Shown one piece after another: positions 24,560 to 35,527 of a DNA stretch of 64,000 nt. The translations under genes and the position numbers were made by a program. Source of the DNA: Setoptus koraiensis (lineage: Eukaryota; Animalia; Arthropoda); contig CM106585.1 of assembly GCA_048013815.1 (NCBI GenBank), positions 1,984,001-2,048,000 on the forward strand, in the 5' to 3' direction. The notes below the pieces were generated by a model that saw only the letters and a list, made by a program, of their open reading frames with translations, searched no databases and was not told the DNA's origin. The first letter of the stretch is position 1. Each line of letters starts with the position of its first letter.

Positions 24560-25680
24560 TTTGCATCTGATCGATCCTAAGGACAATCTAACACAGCTTC
24601 CACATTCTAACACATGGCTTCGAGTCGCAAACTCACCCTCGTTCATTTCCAATCTTCCATCTTGATTTTGCTGAGACATAGTCGTGTTGTTTGCCTCATA
24701 TTCACCAGGCCAGTTTCAATAGTATAGATCTTTTACGGCTGAGAATAATCTTGTTGCAAGTTGGTTCACTTATGAATTATCTGCACCGTAGGTCGTGCTC
24801 AAGGCTTGGGTTAAAATAGGGAAGACCTCCTAAGCATAGACATACGACAAAAGAAATATTTATCATGTTTTGATAGGTGCGGCCAGTTAGATGGTTTTAC
24901 ATTTTGCGAGCTATGTTTTTCAACAAATGACAACTACTTTTTTATCTGAAGCTGATCACACTTGTTGGGTGATTTATTAACTAATAGTATCAGAGAGTAA
25001 AACAGAGAGTTTAAATACTTTCTCTCTACCAAGAAACTCGAACCCGACCACGAACAAATGTGATAATCGGTGTCGCAATAATTCACTTAACCAAAGTCGT
25101 AAGTCATTTAACTCTTGCGCAACACCACCACATATCCATCGACTACAAACTTGACAAGCGTTCGCAGTAATATGTGGTGGCACGTCAGGGGCGAAAGCGG
25201 GCCTGAGTGCCGAACTGACTTTAGCTTGATATTGTTCTAATATGGAATGACCTGAATATTCTCTTGCTTCTAGATGGGTGAATCTGTCTATAATCGATTG
25301 TAGCATCATCAGACCCTTCAGTCTTAGGTCATCAATAGATGAGGTAACGGCGACAAATGACATTCTTATAGGATCCGACAGATTGTTCACTAAAAAAATA
25401 TATTTTGTATTGGTTGTCGCGTTGATAGACTAGAGATAGAGATTTAGATAGAGAGTGAGTCTGGTAGTGATTCGTATGATCACAAGTACCATCGTTTTCG
25501 CTTGAATATATTTCTATGAGACGTCTCAATACTGACATTGCGTAGATCCTAGTCGTCCATCTGGGCGAACGACCCATCTGTTTCTCATCTGAGGCCTTAA
25601 AAGACTCACCTGGGTCCTCTGCGTTGTATCATCTGTTGCCGATTGTAATTTATTCAAGCAGTCTTGAAGTATCCGCTGTC
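24560..25680 (-). pseudogene. HEATR5: HEATR5 (HEAT repeat-containing protein 5A/B, Laa1-like) internal fragment with a frameshift and stops
   Basis: SPRWTTRIYAMSVLRRLI and LSDPIRMSFVAVTSSIDDLRLKGLMMLQSIIDRF...GHSILEQYQAKVSSALRPAFAPDVPPHITANACQVCSRWICGGVAQELNDLR match the HEATR5 core as remembered. The two blocks are in different frames, shifting near the A7 run at 25392-25398; the downstream sequence has stops. Confidence 0.72.
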
Positions 25681-25818
25681 TTCACCATCTGATACATGTT
25701 CAATCACAGATTGATTGAACATTGTTTCTCAGATATTTAAGGATTTCGATCTACAATTATTATAATTTCTCCCATATCGGAAAACAAATATTATTAATAT
25801 ATATATATCATAAGAACC

Positions 25819-26238
25819 ATGACCCAATGCTCAATTTGTCGAGACGATTTCCCAGACAGTGAGATCAAAAGAACGCCATGCCGACATGAAGCTTATCTTT
25901 TTATTTGCATGGCGGCTGTCTTTAATAATTCAAATTCAGCTATAAAAAAATGTTTCATTTGCCGTCAAGTTCTTACATTATGGGTGGCTAATGGGATGCC
26001 AGATGGAGCAACTTTAGAGCAGCAATCCGAGATTATAACAATAGAAGATTCGGAGACTGAACAGTTTGAGATAGATGTAATCTTGCACCATAGAAGAACC
26101 GGGATCGCAGGTGTAATCTAATTACTAGACAAATGGGCCAATCATCTCGAAGTAGAATGGATAAAAGCGCGTGATTTTCGTCGATTAAGAATAGAGAGAC
26201 CAACCAACCAATTACTTAATTGGTTGGTAGGTAATTAA
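25819..26238 (+). CDS. Small RING-like plus chromodomain-like protein, interrupted by an in-frame TAA at 26119-26121
   Basis: CSIC-x13-CRH-x6-C-x14-CFIC is RING-like with the fifth ligand missing. FEIDVILHHRR-TGIAGVI*LLDKWANHLEVEWIKARDF resembles the chromodomain pattern [FY]EVEKILDHR...YLVKW...TWEP. The frame stays open to TAA at 26236-26238. Confidence 0.55.
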
Positions 26239-27399
26239 CTGATAGTTGAACATTCGTTGGCATTTATGTCAAATTCCAATTTCAACGAAAGTCCTCGTTG
26301 GCCGACTACACAAGTCATAAATTTCTAATCCTTTTTTACCACTTCAGGTAGGTTTCAGTCTCAAAGCGGCTGAAAGAGGGCACCTGAGTAGATGGTGTAT
26401 ACATGTATAAACGATCTACGTTCGTGACCTGTCTATGATCTAATTAGATCGAGAGTAGGTAATCAACTGTAGATAAAAAAGAGGCCATTCAGCGGGCTAA
26501 CAAATTGCAAAAGAGACACTTACTAATAGAACCAAGCAAAACGGTCCAATTCAGATGACACCTCTCAAGGCCCCACTATCATAGAGCCGAATGCTCGAAT
26601 AGCCTAGATGTAATATTATATATTATATAACTATATAGCTTACGAAAATGAACTGCGCTTTGCATTGCTGGATCTTTCTCGTTAGGATGCTCTGCACACT
26701 GGAAAAAAGAAATTCTCGAAAGGGATTTGCATTCGATAGGCGAGCGTTGATAACGATTTCAAAAAGATATACGTCGATAGCTTATTGGTAGGGCCAACAG
26801 AATCGGTGGTAATTCTAACTAGAAATCGGTGAAAATAGTGAGTCATTGGTCATCGATCTCTAAGGATAAAGGTGGTTATTCTCAGTCTGGTCACCTGGGT
26901 AAAAACGATGATTTTTCTGTATCGTTTTTTGATGTCAAGTGATTTCTGGCCGCTAGAGTGCAAGCACCAATGAACTTGTTCAATAAACAGTGCCTGACAG
27001 ACAACAAATAATTAATCCGAGGAGCTTCTTTGAGAGCAATTATATCTTATTTATATCCTGTCCACTCAACTACAACAACAACAACAACTGCAGCCGCAGA
27101 CATAACGCGATGCTTGGGGCTGCTCAGCGATTTGCGACCAGATCTTATTGCGATTTTAGGAATCTATTATCCAAGTGTTGACATCATTTCATCAAATCAC
27201 CGTGAGATCGACATCTCACACATGTAAATCATCAAAAATGGTTGTTTTTCAATTGATCAAAACGGTCGTGCGATTGTTGTGGAGCACTCCACATATGTTA
27301 GTTGTCTGTTACATATGAATCATATGATATGATAAATTCTGGTGGATAAGTGTTTTGCTAATCGCCTACGCTGGTAGTGAATATCCCCTCATTGCAAAG

Positions 27400-28011
27400 T
27401 TAATTAAACTGTGGTGGTGCATCCTCTGCTCTGCTCCAATCGCCCGAATCATAATACCGGCAATCAACAGGTTCCGATTTCCATTGCTCCCAGTAAAATT
27501 TCAGCCGCTGAGCCACCCATTGATCCTTTTTGAAATCTGGCTGAGGGTACCTCCTTTTATAGTACCAGCAAATACTGCCGTATCTTTGACAGTCAAAGCA
27601 ATATGTAGACATGTCCTCCTCTTTTTTACAATTACCTTTATCATCATACAGCCAACACACGTGATAGTAGGATCTTATATCAAAAGGATAACCACATTCT
27701 TTGTTTTTTTTCCATTTTTCAGAATCTAGTTTCATCTTGAGCGCAATTTTTTTATCCTCTAACTGGAATTCACGGTTAGCCCTCTGTTTATACCACCAGC
27801 AAATGCCACTTTGCTCGGGACAGGCATCGCAAAAAACTGAAAAGTCCTGTTCTTTCGAACAAACTTTGTACTCGGAATTCCAATCAACGCACACATGCTG
27901 AATATCGCCCACCTGATAAGCCCTGGTTTTTCCGATTCGTCCACAGGATGTTAGCATGAACAGAGGCGCCAAGAAGATAATTAGGCCACCAATGAGGTTC
28001 GATTTGTTCAT
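27400..28011 (-). CDS. Orphan secreted cysteine-rich protein (203 aa) with two tandem 78-aa repeats of six Cys each
   Basis: Intronless ORF from ATG 28011; hydrophobic leader MNKSNLIGGLIIFLAPLFMLTSC; repeats HVC-x9-C-x9-C-x2-C-x6-CWWYKQR-..-C and HVC-x8-C-x9-C-x2-C-x6-CWYYKRR-..-C. Confidence 0.8.
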   Translation of the reverse strand: MNKSNLIGGLIIFLAPLFMLTSCGRIGKTRAYQVGDIQHVCVDWNSEYKVCSKEQDFSVFCDACPEQSGICWWYKQRANREFQLEDKKIALKMKLDSEKWKKNKECGYPFDIRSYYHVCWLYDDKGNCKKEEDMSTYCFDCQRYGSICWYYKRRYPQPDFKKDQWVAQRLKFYWEQWKSEPVDCRYYDSGDWSRAEDAPPQFN

Positions 28012-30272
28012 CTTGATTTCATGAGGCTGCACACAAACTTGCTATTTAATATTTATCAATAATTCATGATTGATCAAAGTTCAATTGCTGCCGTCGTGCA
28101 CTTAGATCATTCGCAATATCAAATGTCTAGATGAGATTGTACTTTCACTTGATTGATTCACCGAGAATCGCCGTCGACGTTCAAACTACTGACAGCATAC
28201 ATTTGTTCATTTGTGATAGTCACTCACGAATGAATGATCTCACAATTTCAAGAGCAATCTACAACGGTGAGCGATTTTAGATTATCAAGTTTAATTTGAG
28301 TTGAGAGTGCTAACTGGTTGCTGTCAATAGTCTCGACAGCATGAGATTCAATTTACAGTCAGCCAGTCTCTGGGTTGAAAATGATCTGCAAGCCACATGA
28401 AATTTCTACATGAAATGGAGCACACTTTCTATTGGAATTAATTTTAGCAAGACGTCAGATTCAATGTGTGCCTGTTCTGATGATTAAATCATCTTTATCT
28501 CGGGCTGCATATACGGGCAAAGTTTTGTAACTTAGTCATAATAGCATGCGAGATCAGACATTACAAAAGTCCGATAATTCTAGCACACATATGGATTTGT
28601 GGTATTTTACATTTGTATATTGTGGATATTCACAGATATTCCATTGAAGCAGATGCATTGAATAGGCCTAGCAAGCCGACAATAATGTACGAGCAATTAA
28701 GTTATTGGCCGCAGTTGGCTCATTTATAGAATCGCCTAGCGAACCAGTGAGTAGTCTTTTAATAAAAATCAAGCGCTTAATATCTTGTGATAACTTGCTC
28801 GTAAGAGGAGCTATTTTTGGGATTTGTCTGGGTCTCTCAAGTTGAGAGTCTCAAGTGGGGCGCTATCGGTGGCGGGCTCGGTTTGCGAATGGCTCGAAAT
28901 GGCCAGAGGGGCCGATGCACTAACATTTTGAGATGTGGTGCATGCTTGTCATGCTGGCTTGTAACCATGGTGTGACATGTATGGCGGATAGCGTGGCTTG
29001 TCGGCGGACGGGAGAGTTGGGGGCGACTAGTTCAATTTGGCTTGTCATCATAAATTATATCGGACATATTGCCTATGGGTCGAGCATGTCGTTAATAATA
29101 ATATTGGCATCAGCATACGACAACTAATAACTTATCTCCGGCTAACGAAGCTCGCAACATATTGCAAGATGAATATTTGTCAATGTAGACTGGACATATT
29201 GTCAAGAGCAGTTATATTACATTGGCGATTGGCGATTCGCTATTCGCTATTCGCTATTCGCCATTTACGATTCGCCGTTTGCCGTTCGAGAAACACTCAG
29301 TGCTAATCTATTTGGCATTTAACATTATTATGTAACATGACGTATTGAGAGTATTGCAAATGTTGACTAATGATATACACTGTCTGGCCAAATCAATTTT
29401 AACAGTGTGTCCCAATAATAGTTGTGTGCCTTTACTTTTACTTTGCTTAGCGAGCGAAAGAGGCCGCAAAATGCAGACACAGAAGATGATCACTGAGTAA
29501 AACAAAAGACACAACCATTTAAATGGCCAGCTGATATTACACAAATTTAACATGATTGTGAGATGTATTGCAGCATGAGCAAATTGAGGCCCAACTGAGA
29601 AGCAATATAGTTAATGGACAGATAGCGGTGATCAGATGAGAGGCCAGCATGTTTGTTTATGTCAATGCAAATCTTTCTAAGATGACAATTTATTTATTGC
29701 AAGGCACACATACATAAATTTATACCGTGCTATAGTGATGGTATGTAAACAAGTGAGCACAAACATCCGATTGTTGTCTGGTTCACCAAGACAAAACAAT
29801 AAGACAATTTGAGGATAAACATAAACAAGCCGGGGATCACTCGAGCGAGACAGTTTGATTTATTCCTTGTCATACTACCAATAGTGGTATCACCAATAGT
29901 GGCGCTGTCTGGCCAGTTGAGCTTGCCTGTTGTCGGCCCCTGCTACAATAATCACAAATAATCTGACAACTGAACAGTTTAGAATTTTGATTAGCTGTCA
30001 CTGTGCATGTTGATCAAAACCAAATTGCTATGGTCAAAATAAAATGACTGTATTAATCAATGATCTTTATCTCATCGTTCACATTCATTTAGCTGCACAG
30101 ACAAACCAATCGACAAATAAATTATTACGCATCGTTGTGGGCACATCTTTAAATACGACTAATACATTGTTCAGTTCAGTTCTTTGGTAGCATTGATAAG
30201 CTACCAGTTATCTATCAGTTTCTATGTTTTGCTCAAATTCATTCAAATCGAAAGTGTGCTCTATTTCATGCA

Positions 30273-30570
30273 AGAGTTGGTGCACCGAAGACTGAATGAA
30301 CACCATATTGGCAATATGATATTGCACCGGCTCAGTTAGAGTATGCTATCAACGATTCCAATGCTGGAGAAATAAAATTTTTCAAAGTAATTTTAAATGT
30401 GCCATACGATATAAGACGAACACAACTCGCTTGTCCACAAATGCGAGGCCAATTTAGAGGATCCAGAAGAAACTGTAATCAAAAAGCATTTTGTGTTGCC
30501 CAGATCAAAGCCAAAGATGGGACGGATTTCGAATAATTAACCGTGATCAACAGCAAGTGGTGTGGTTGTC
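30273..30570 (+). pseudogene. Possible cystatin-like remnant with in-frame stops
   Basis: One frame reads RVGAPKTE*TPYWQYDIAPAQLEYAINDSNAGEIKFFKVILNVPYDIRRTQLACPQ..RNCNQKAFCVAQI..FE*LTVINSKWC. The N-terminal G, LEYAIN helix and Cys spacing are cystatin-like, but QxVxG and PW are absent. Confidence 0.4.
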
Positions 30571-32133
30571 TCAATTATTCTAACCAGACCAGATGAACCG
30601 GATGAATAGTTGCCAAATTTTGCCAATTTTACCAACACAATCCTTAAAAGTAAACTAAACTGATGCTTATAAGGAAGGAAGTGCACGCTTGCAACCGAGA
30701 TAAATAAACGAAAACTGTTATAAATAAACCAGTTGAAAGTATCCAGTGGAAACTGTCCATCTGTCTATGTGTGAGCGGACTCAAAAATGTTGTCGTGTGC
30801 AAAGCATTGATGCCAGTTAGTTAAGGTCATCACTTGGCATCTATTACACTTGAAAGAATGTTTAATCTAGCGTGATAGTGAATTGATCTCATTGTTGCGC
30901 GCAAATCTCTATGATTTCATCAACGAGCTAACTGATCGTATGGTCTCATCCGACAATCTCGCTTCGATAATGGTACCGATTGAGTTGGCTCGAGTGCCCA
31001 GGAGATTTTAATCTTGCACATAGTGAGGCCTCCATGGCGAGCCGCTTCTCCACCTCTGACCAACTAACCAATCTTTCGAAATGGATCACATGGATTAACA
31101 ACCACTAACACTGGCACTCATTTCGAGCTGATTCTTTCTCATCAGAGTGTTGTGCACAGTGTAGAAGATTTACCTATCGGCACAATGGTCACTCTTTTGT
31201 TTTCACCGTCCAAACCTGAAGCATAACATTTCATTGATGAATTCGTGATCGTTCATATACAATACAGAGCCCACCATAGCTACCGGCGGTAATTAAATCA
31301 CGCAGGTATCCATGGTCTGATGCACTCGTAAATATGTTATTACTGTTATTGGTACTATTACAGTGATTGTATGTGGGCTGAGATTTGCTGAGATTGTTGA
31401 CGAACGCAAACAAAACAATCTGTAGAAAGTGGCCCAATGTATGCACTTAAACTCAATTTAAATTTTGAAATATTACCCAAACTTTCAACTCAACTTTCAT
31501 GTGTAATGTCCGTTATTTTGTTTGTTGGTCCGACATAAAACAACTGAAACAGAAACAATCTTGTAAAATTGTTTTGTTACGTAACAACTCGATGGTAACA
31601 CACTGTCGGAATATGAACGTTCAGTTGTGTGTAAGGTTATTTTTGTTATGAGCATTGTGCATTTAGTGAGTAGTGGAGATGCAGACAATGGAGAAGAATG
31701 CGTTTTGAGTTGTTGTTTTTGTTTGCAAACAGTGAAAACAATTGGCGTAGAGAAGAGAAGAATGACCAAAATGAAAAGAAACGGTCCCTTCTGTGATGCA
31801 GTAAACTGCTGTTTTGCTCGCTCTTTTCACCGTTATGTGCCTTGTGTGTCTATCCAAGCATACACACCATGGGGCCCAGATATATATATCCCGCCATATG
31901 TTACTCTTGACCATGTTATTGGTATTGGTATGACGGCCACTTTCTAATCTCTCTTCAGTTAGCTTGCCGAGCTATTACATAATAGTTACTTGTATCGGGC
32001 AACCATCGGGCAAGTTGCAACGCTTAAACGGGGTAACAAGTGAACTGGCGTTGCTACATTGAACTTGTCAACTTGTTACTACTAACTGTCTTACCAACTG
32101 ACCAGCTGAGCAGCCCATTCTTTGACAAGTTTT

Positions 32134-32175
32134 CACTATTATGTAATCACTATTATGTAATCACTATTATGTAAT
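32134..32175. repeat. 14-bp repeat (CACTATTATGTAAT)x3
   Basis: Three perfect units. Confidence 0.9.
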
Positions 32176-34182
32176 CGCGGTTTGTTTTTCGGTGGCTTGT
32201 CCGTTGCATTTGGCGATACTGCTGCTTGGGATGGTTCAAGATACGCTCAACTGAAATAGACGCATTACATTGCTACAATACCAGCGATACATATGCGGAC
32301 GTATTTGTTGACCTGGGCGCCCGTTGTTGCTGGCCGTTGCATCCATTGCAACGGCCACAGAAAATATCAATGATATACGACTCGTATAATACGCGATGTA
32401 TATCTGGCTCGCTGTACCGTTGGCGGACACACAATTGCTTTGTCATCACGATAGCGGTGGTTGTTGTTGTTGTTGTTGCTGCTGCTGTCGTTGTTGTTGT
32501 TGTTGTTGTTGTCATGAAAACGTGATGACGTAACACACAGTATAGATAGTTGTTGTTTGTATTGCGTTATATGCGTTCAGTGTTGATGGTCAGCGTGCAA
32601 GTTTCTTTGTGCAAGCATGTAAAATTCTTCTCGCTCTCGCTTGCCGTTTTGGCTGCCATATGTATGCCGTCAGTCGGCTATATGGCGGTCGTATATGTGC
32701 TCGTAGATGGTGCTATATGGCCATTCGGTGACCATATAGCACCCCATAGACACGGGCGGCAGTGCCACTGACAACTGGACAGGAATACGTAATGGACATT
32801 GGTGTGAGTGTTTGAGAAACAGTTCAGTGGCTATTTGCAGCCGAGTTGAGTCACTAGCGCTCCAAATTGAACAATAGTGATGACGGCGAGCGATTCATTT
32901 CATTGTACAAACGTGTAGAGACAATTTCCTCGGTAGCTTCGTCCGGTTTCGTCCGGCTATCAACTGGCCAATTGCCGTATTTATAGCCGGTACATTGAGA
33001 TATCTGGCGATCTGAATATACCTGATATACCGAAATAGTCAACACAATATTACGTTGAGTAGCGATGCAACGCGACAGCAGCAAATAACACGATAACAAA
33101 TTGAATTGAATGATGCAATTGGTCAATCAGCCAGTCGGTGCGGCCGGTGCAGTGAGTCAGATGTGTATGTCATCATTGTTATCGTTGGTATCATTGCCAC
33201 CATAGCGATGCTATGTAACAATAGAGACACAATGGATTATTTGAGTAGCGCGCACTGGGCAAATATAACAAATATACAATGGGTTATTATTATCATTATT
33301 GTTGTTGATATCATTGTGTTATATGGTTAGTGTTAGGTTAGTTGTAATATGATTGTTGAAAAGATATCTTTGTTGTGTAGAGGCCGGCAATCAACAATAG
33401 TAATCAGCACGCGCTCATTACTGCTGTTGATCAAACGTAAACACAATAGGTGATTAGTGCCACTAACTAAACTAATATAAACTAGCGACTAATGAGCGAC
33501 AACAAAGAATAAATTGAATAACAACACCGAGTTTATAATACTTTGTATGTTTGCATCTCTCTCTCTCTCTCTCTCTCCCTCTCTCTCTCTCTCTCTCATT
33601 CTCTCTGGGCTCCTCTGGCCTCATCTGGCAGCATTTGCGGCCGGACAGCGCTCGTGGCTGGGCAGCGTTTGCGCCAGCTTGCCGGAGCGTGCACAAACGC
33701 TGCCACAAATGGATTTATGGTCGACGTAGATAAAGAAAGCAAAGATTAATAGTGGCCCGGCGAGCATCTTTTGCAAACAAGCCAAAGTGCACTTGTCTTG
33801 GCACAAGGCAAGCAATCTATTATCTCTCACTGTAACGCACGCCAGCCACTGCCAGCCACTGCCTGCCACTACTAGCGACTACTGGCGACTTCTGGCCGGG
33901 GCCGGGGCCCCATTGAGATTGCCAGATACAGTGTGACTACTTATACTAGTTAGTGGATGGCGAGAGACGGCCCAAAATAGATATCGCCAGTGAGTGTAGT
34001 CACCATTTCTAGCCCTTCGTACAAGTATTAGTGTTAGTATTAGTATAAGTATTAGTGTTAGCGCTGCAAATGGGGCCAGTACGCACATGCCGGTTGATTA
34101 CATAACCTAACGGTCTGCTACTGATGCACTGATGCCATGCTGATGCTACACTGATGGTATGTGTGCTATATGGCCATGTGAT

Positions 34183-34312
34183 TGTATGGCTATGTGGCTA
34201 TGTGGATATGAGGATATGTGGATATGTGGATATGAGGATATGTGGATATGTGGATATGTGGATATGTGGATACGTGGATACGTGGATACGTGGATATGTG
34301 GATATGTGGCTA
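34183..34312. repeat. 8-bp minisatellite (GTGGATAT)n, about 15 units
   Basis: Seen directly, with GAGGATAT and GTGGATAC variants. Confidence 0.9.
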
Positions 34313-35439
34313 TTGGGGTATTTGGGTATGTGGGTGTATGGCAGCGCCGTTAGTAGCCGATGAAGCCACCATCAGTGAATATATAATCAATCATCCGGTG
34401 AGCATGATTAACGGGTGTGTGCTCATTGCACCTAAACTTTATATTTTGTGCCAGCCGCTATGTTTGGCACAACCAACAACAACCAACAGACAAACGATTA
34501 TCTGTCTCAATCGGTTGCTCACGAGCGCTCACTTGCACTTGTCGCACCTCGCACACGACTGGCCGTTGATGAAGACGTTAGATATATTAATAATAACTCA
34601 ACTATTTGCGTCGCTTGTCTTTTCTCCATTGTCTTGCATCTCAAGAGTGTGACTTGAATTACTCAATGTAAGAGACACACAAAAATCAATTCTGACCTCA
34701 TTGTTAGTTGTGACCTGGCGCGACACCTTTGCGTCGATCTGGCAACTAGCTACAGATCGATTTGTATGCAGCTACTTCGACTGTCGATACAACTTTCGAC
34801 TCGACCAGCTCGCTAGCTTTACTGGCTCGTATTTACTGGTGCCCGATTGTTTGTTTGCATGGTCGCATGTTGGATAAAAAACAAACACACACAATTCAAT
34901 ATGTCGCTATATTGAACTAGCTACGTTTAGCTGCGTTTTATAGTTGGCCTCTCATGCTCGTCTTATACTTATCGCGTACTTATCGTTTAGTTAGTCATAG
35001 TTAGTGAGCACTCGAGGCTCCTCAAGAGCAACCTTTCGATCCTTTTCGTCTCATCTCGTCTCGTTTCGTCTCGTTTTCTTTGCTTTCTTTTCTTCCTTTT
35101 CTTCCTTTTCTTCCTTTCGTCTTTCCTTCGTTTGTGTGTGTCTGCTTATGAGAAGCCCAAACAGCCGACGGGGCTCTTAACAATTTATTGTAACAACAAC
35201 CAATATATTTGTTGTGTTTGTATCTGTATCGGCAACATATCCAATTCAATGGGGCCACTATATAGAGACAACAGTCACTTATTGGGCATTCGCCAGCATT
35301 CATTGGGACCGAAATTGATGTCTTCTTTGGCCCTCTTCGGCTGGAATCGTTGCATCCAATTCCCATATCCCACCGTTGTCTTGCCTTTGTGTGTCTGCAT
35401 TCTGTTTTCGTTCGCTCTCCATCGGTCTTCATCGATTTC

Positions 35440-35527
35440 TATCGATTTCTATCGGGTTCCATCGGGTTCCATCGGGTTCCATCGGGTTCCGTCGGGTTCC
35501 ATCGGGTTCCATCGAGCTCCATCGGAT
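35440..35527. repeat. 10-bp minisatellite (CCATCGGGTT)n
   Basis: Seen directly in the sequence. Confidence 0.9.

Noticed and set aside
24792-24825. Plus-strand VVLKAWVKIG resembles the HEATR5 motif AVLKAWAEV
   Set aside because: Opposite strand to the HEATR5 fragment and too short; probably chance, although a small inversion cannot be excluded.
27940-28011. Calling the Cys-rich ORF a bacterial lipoprotein or horizontal transfer
   Set aside because: An LTSC lipobox match alone is weak, and six-Cys disulfide modules fit an animal secreted protein equally well; kept only as a hypothesis.
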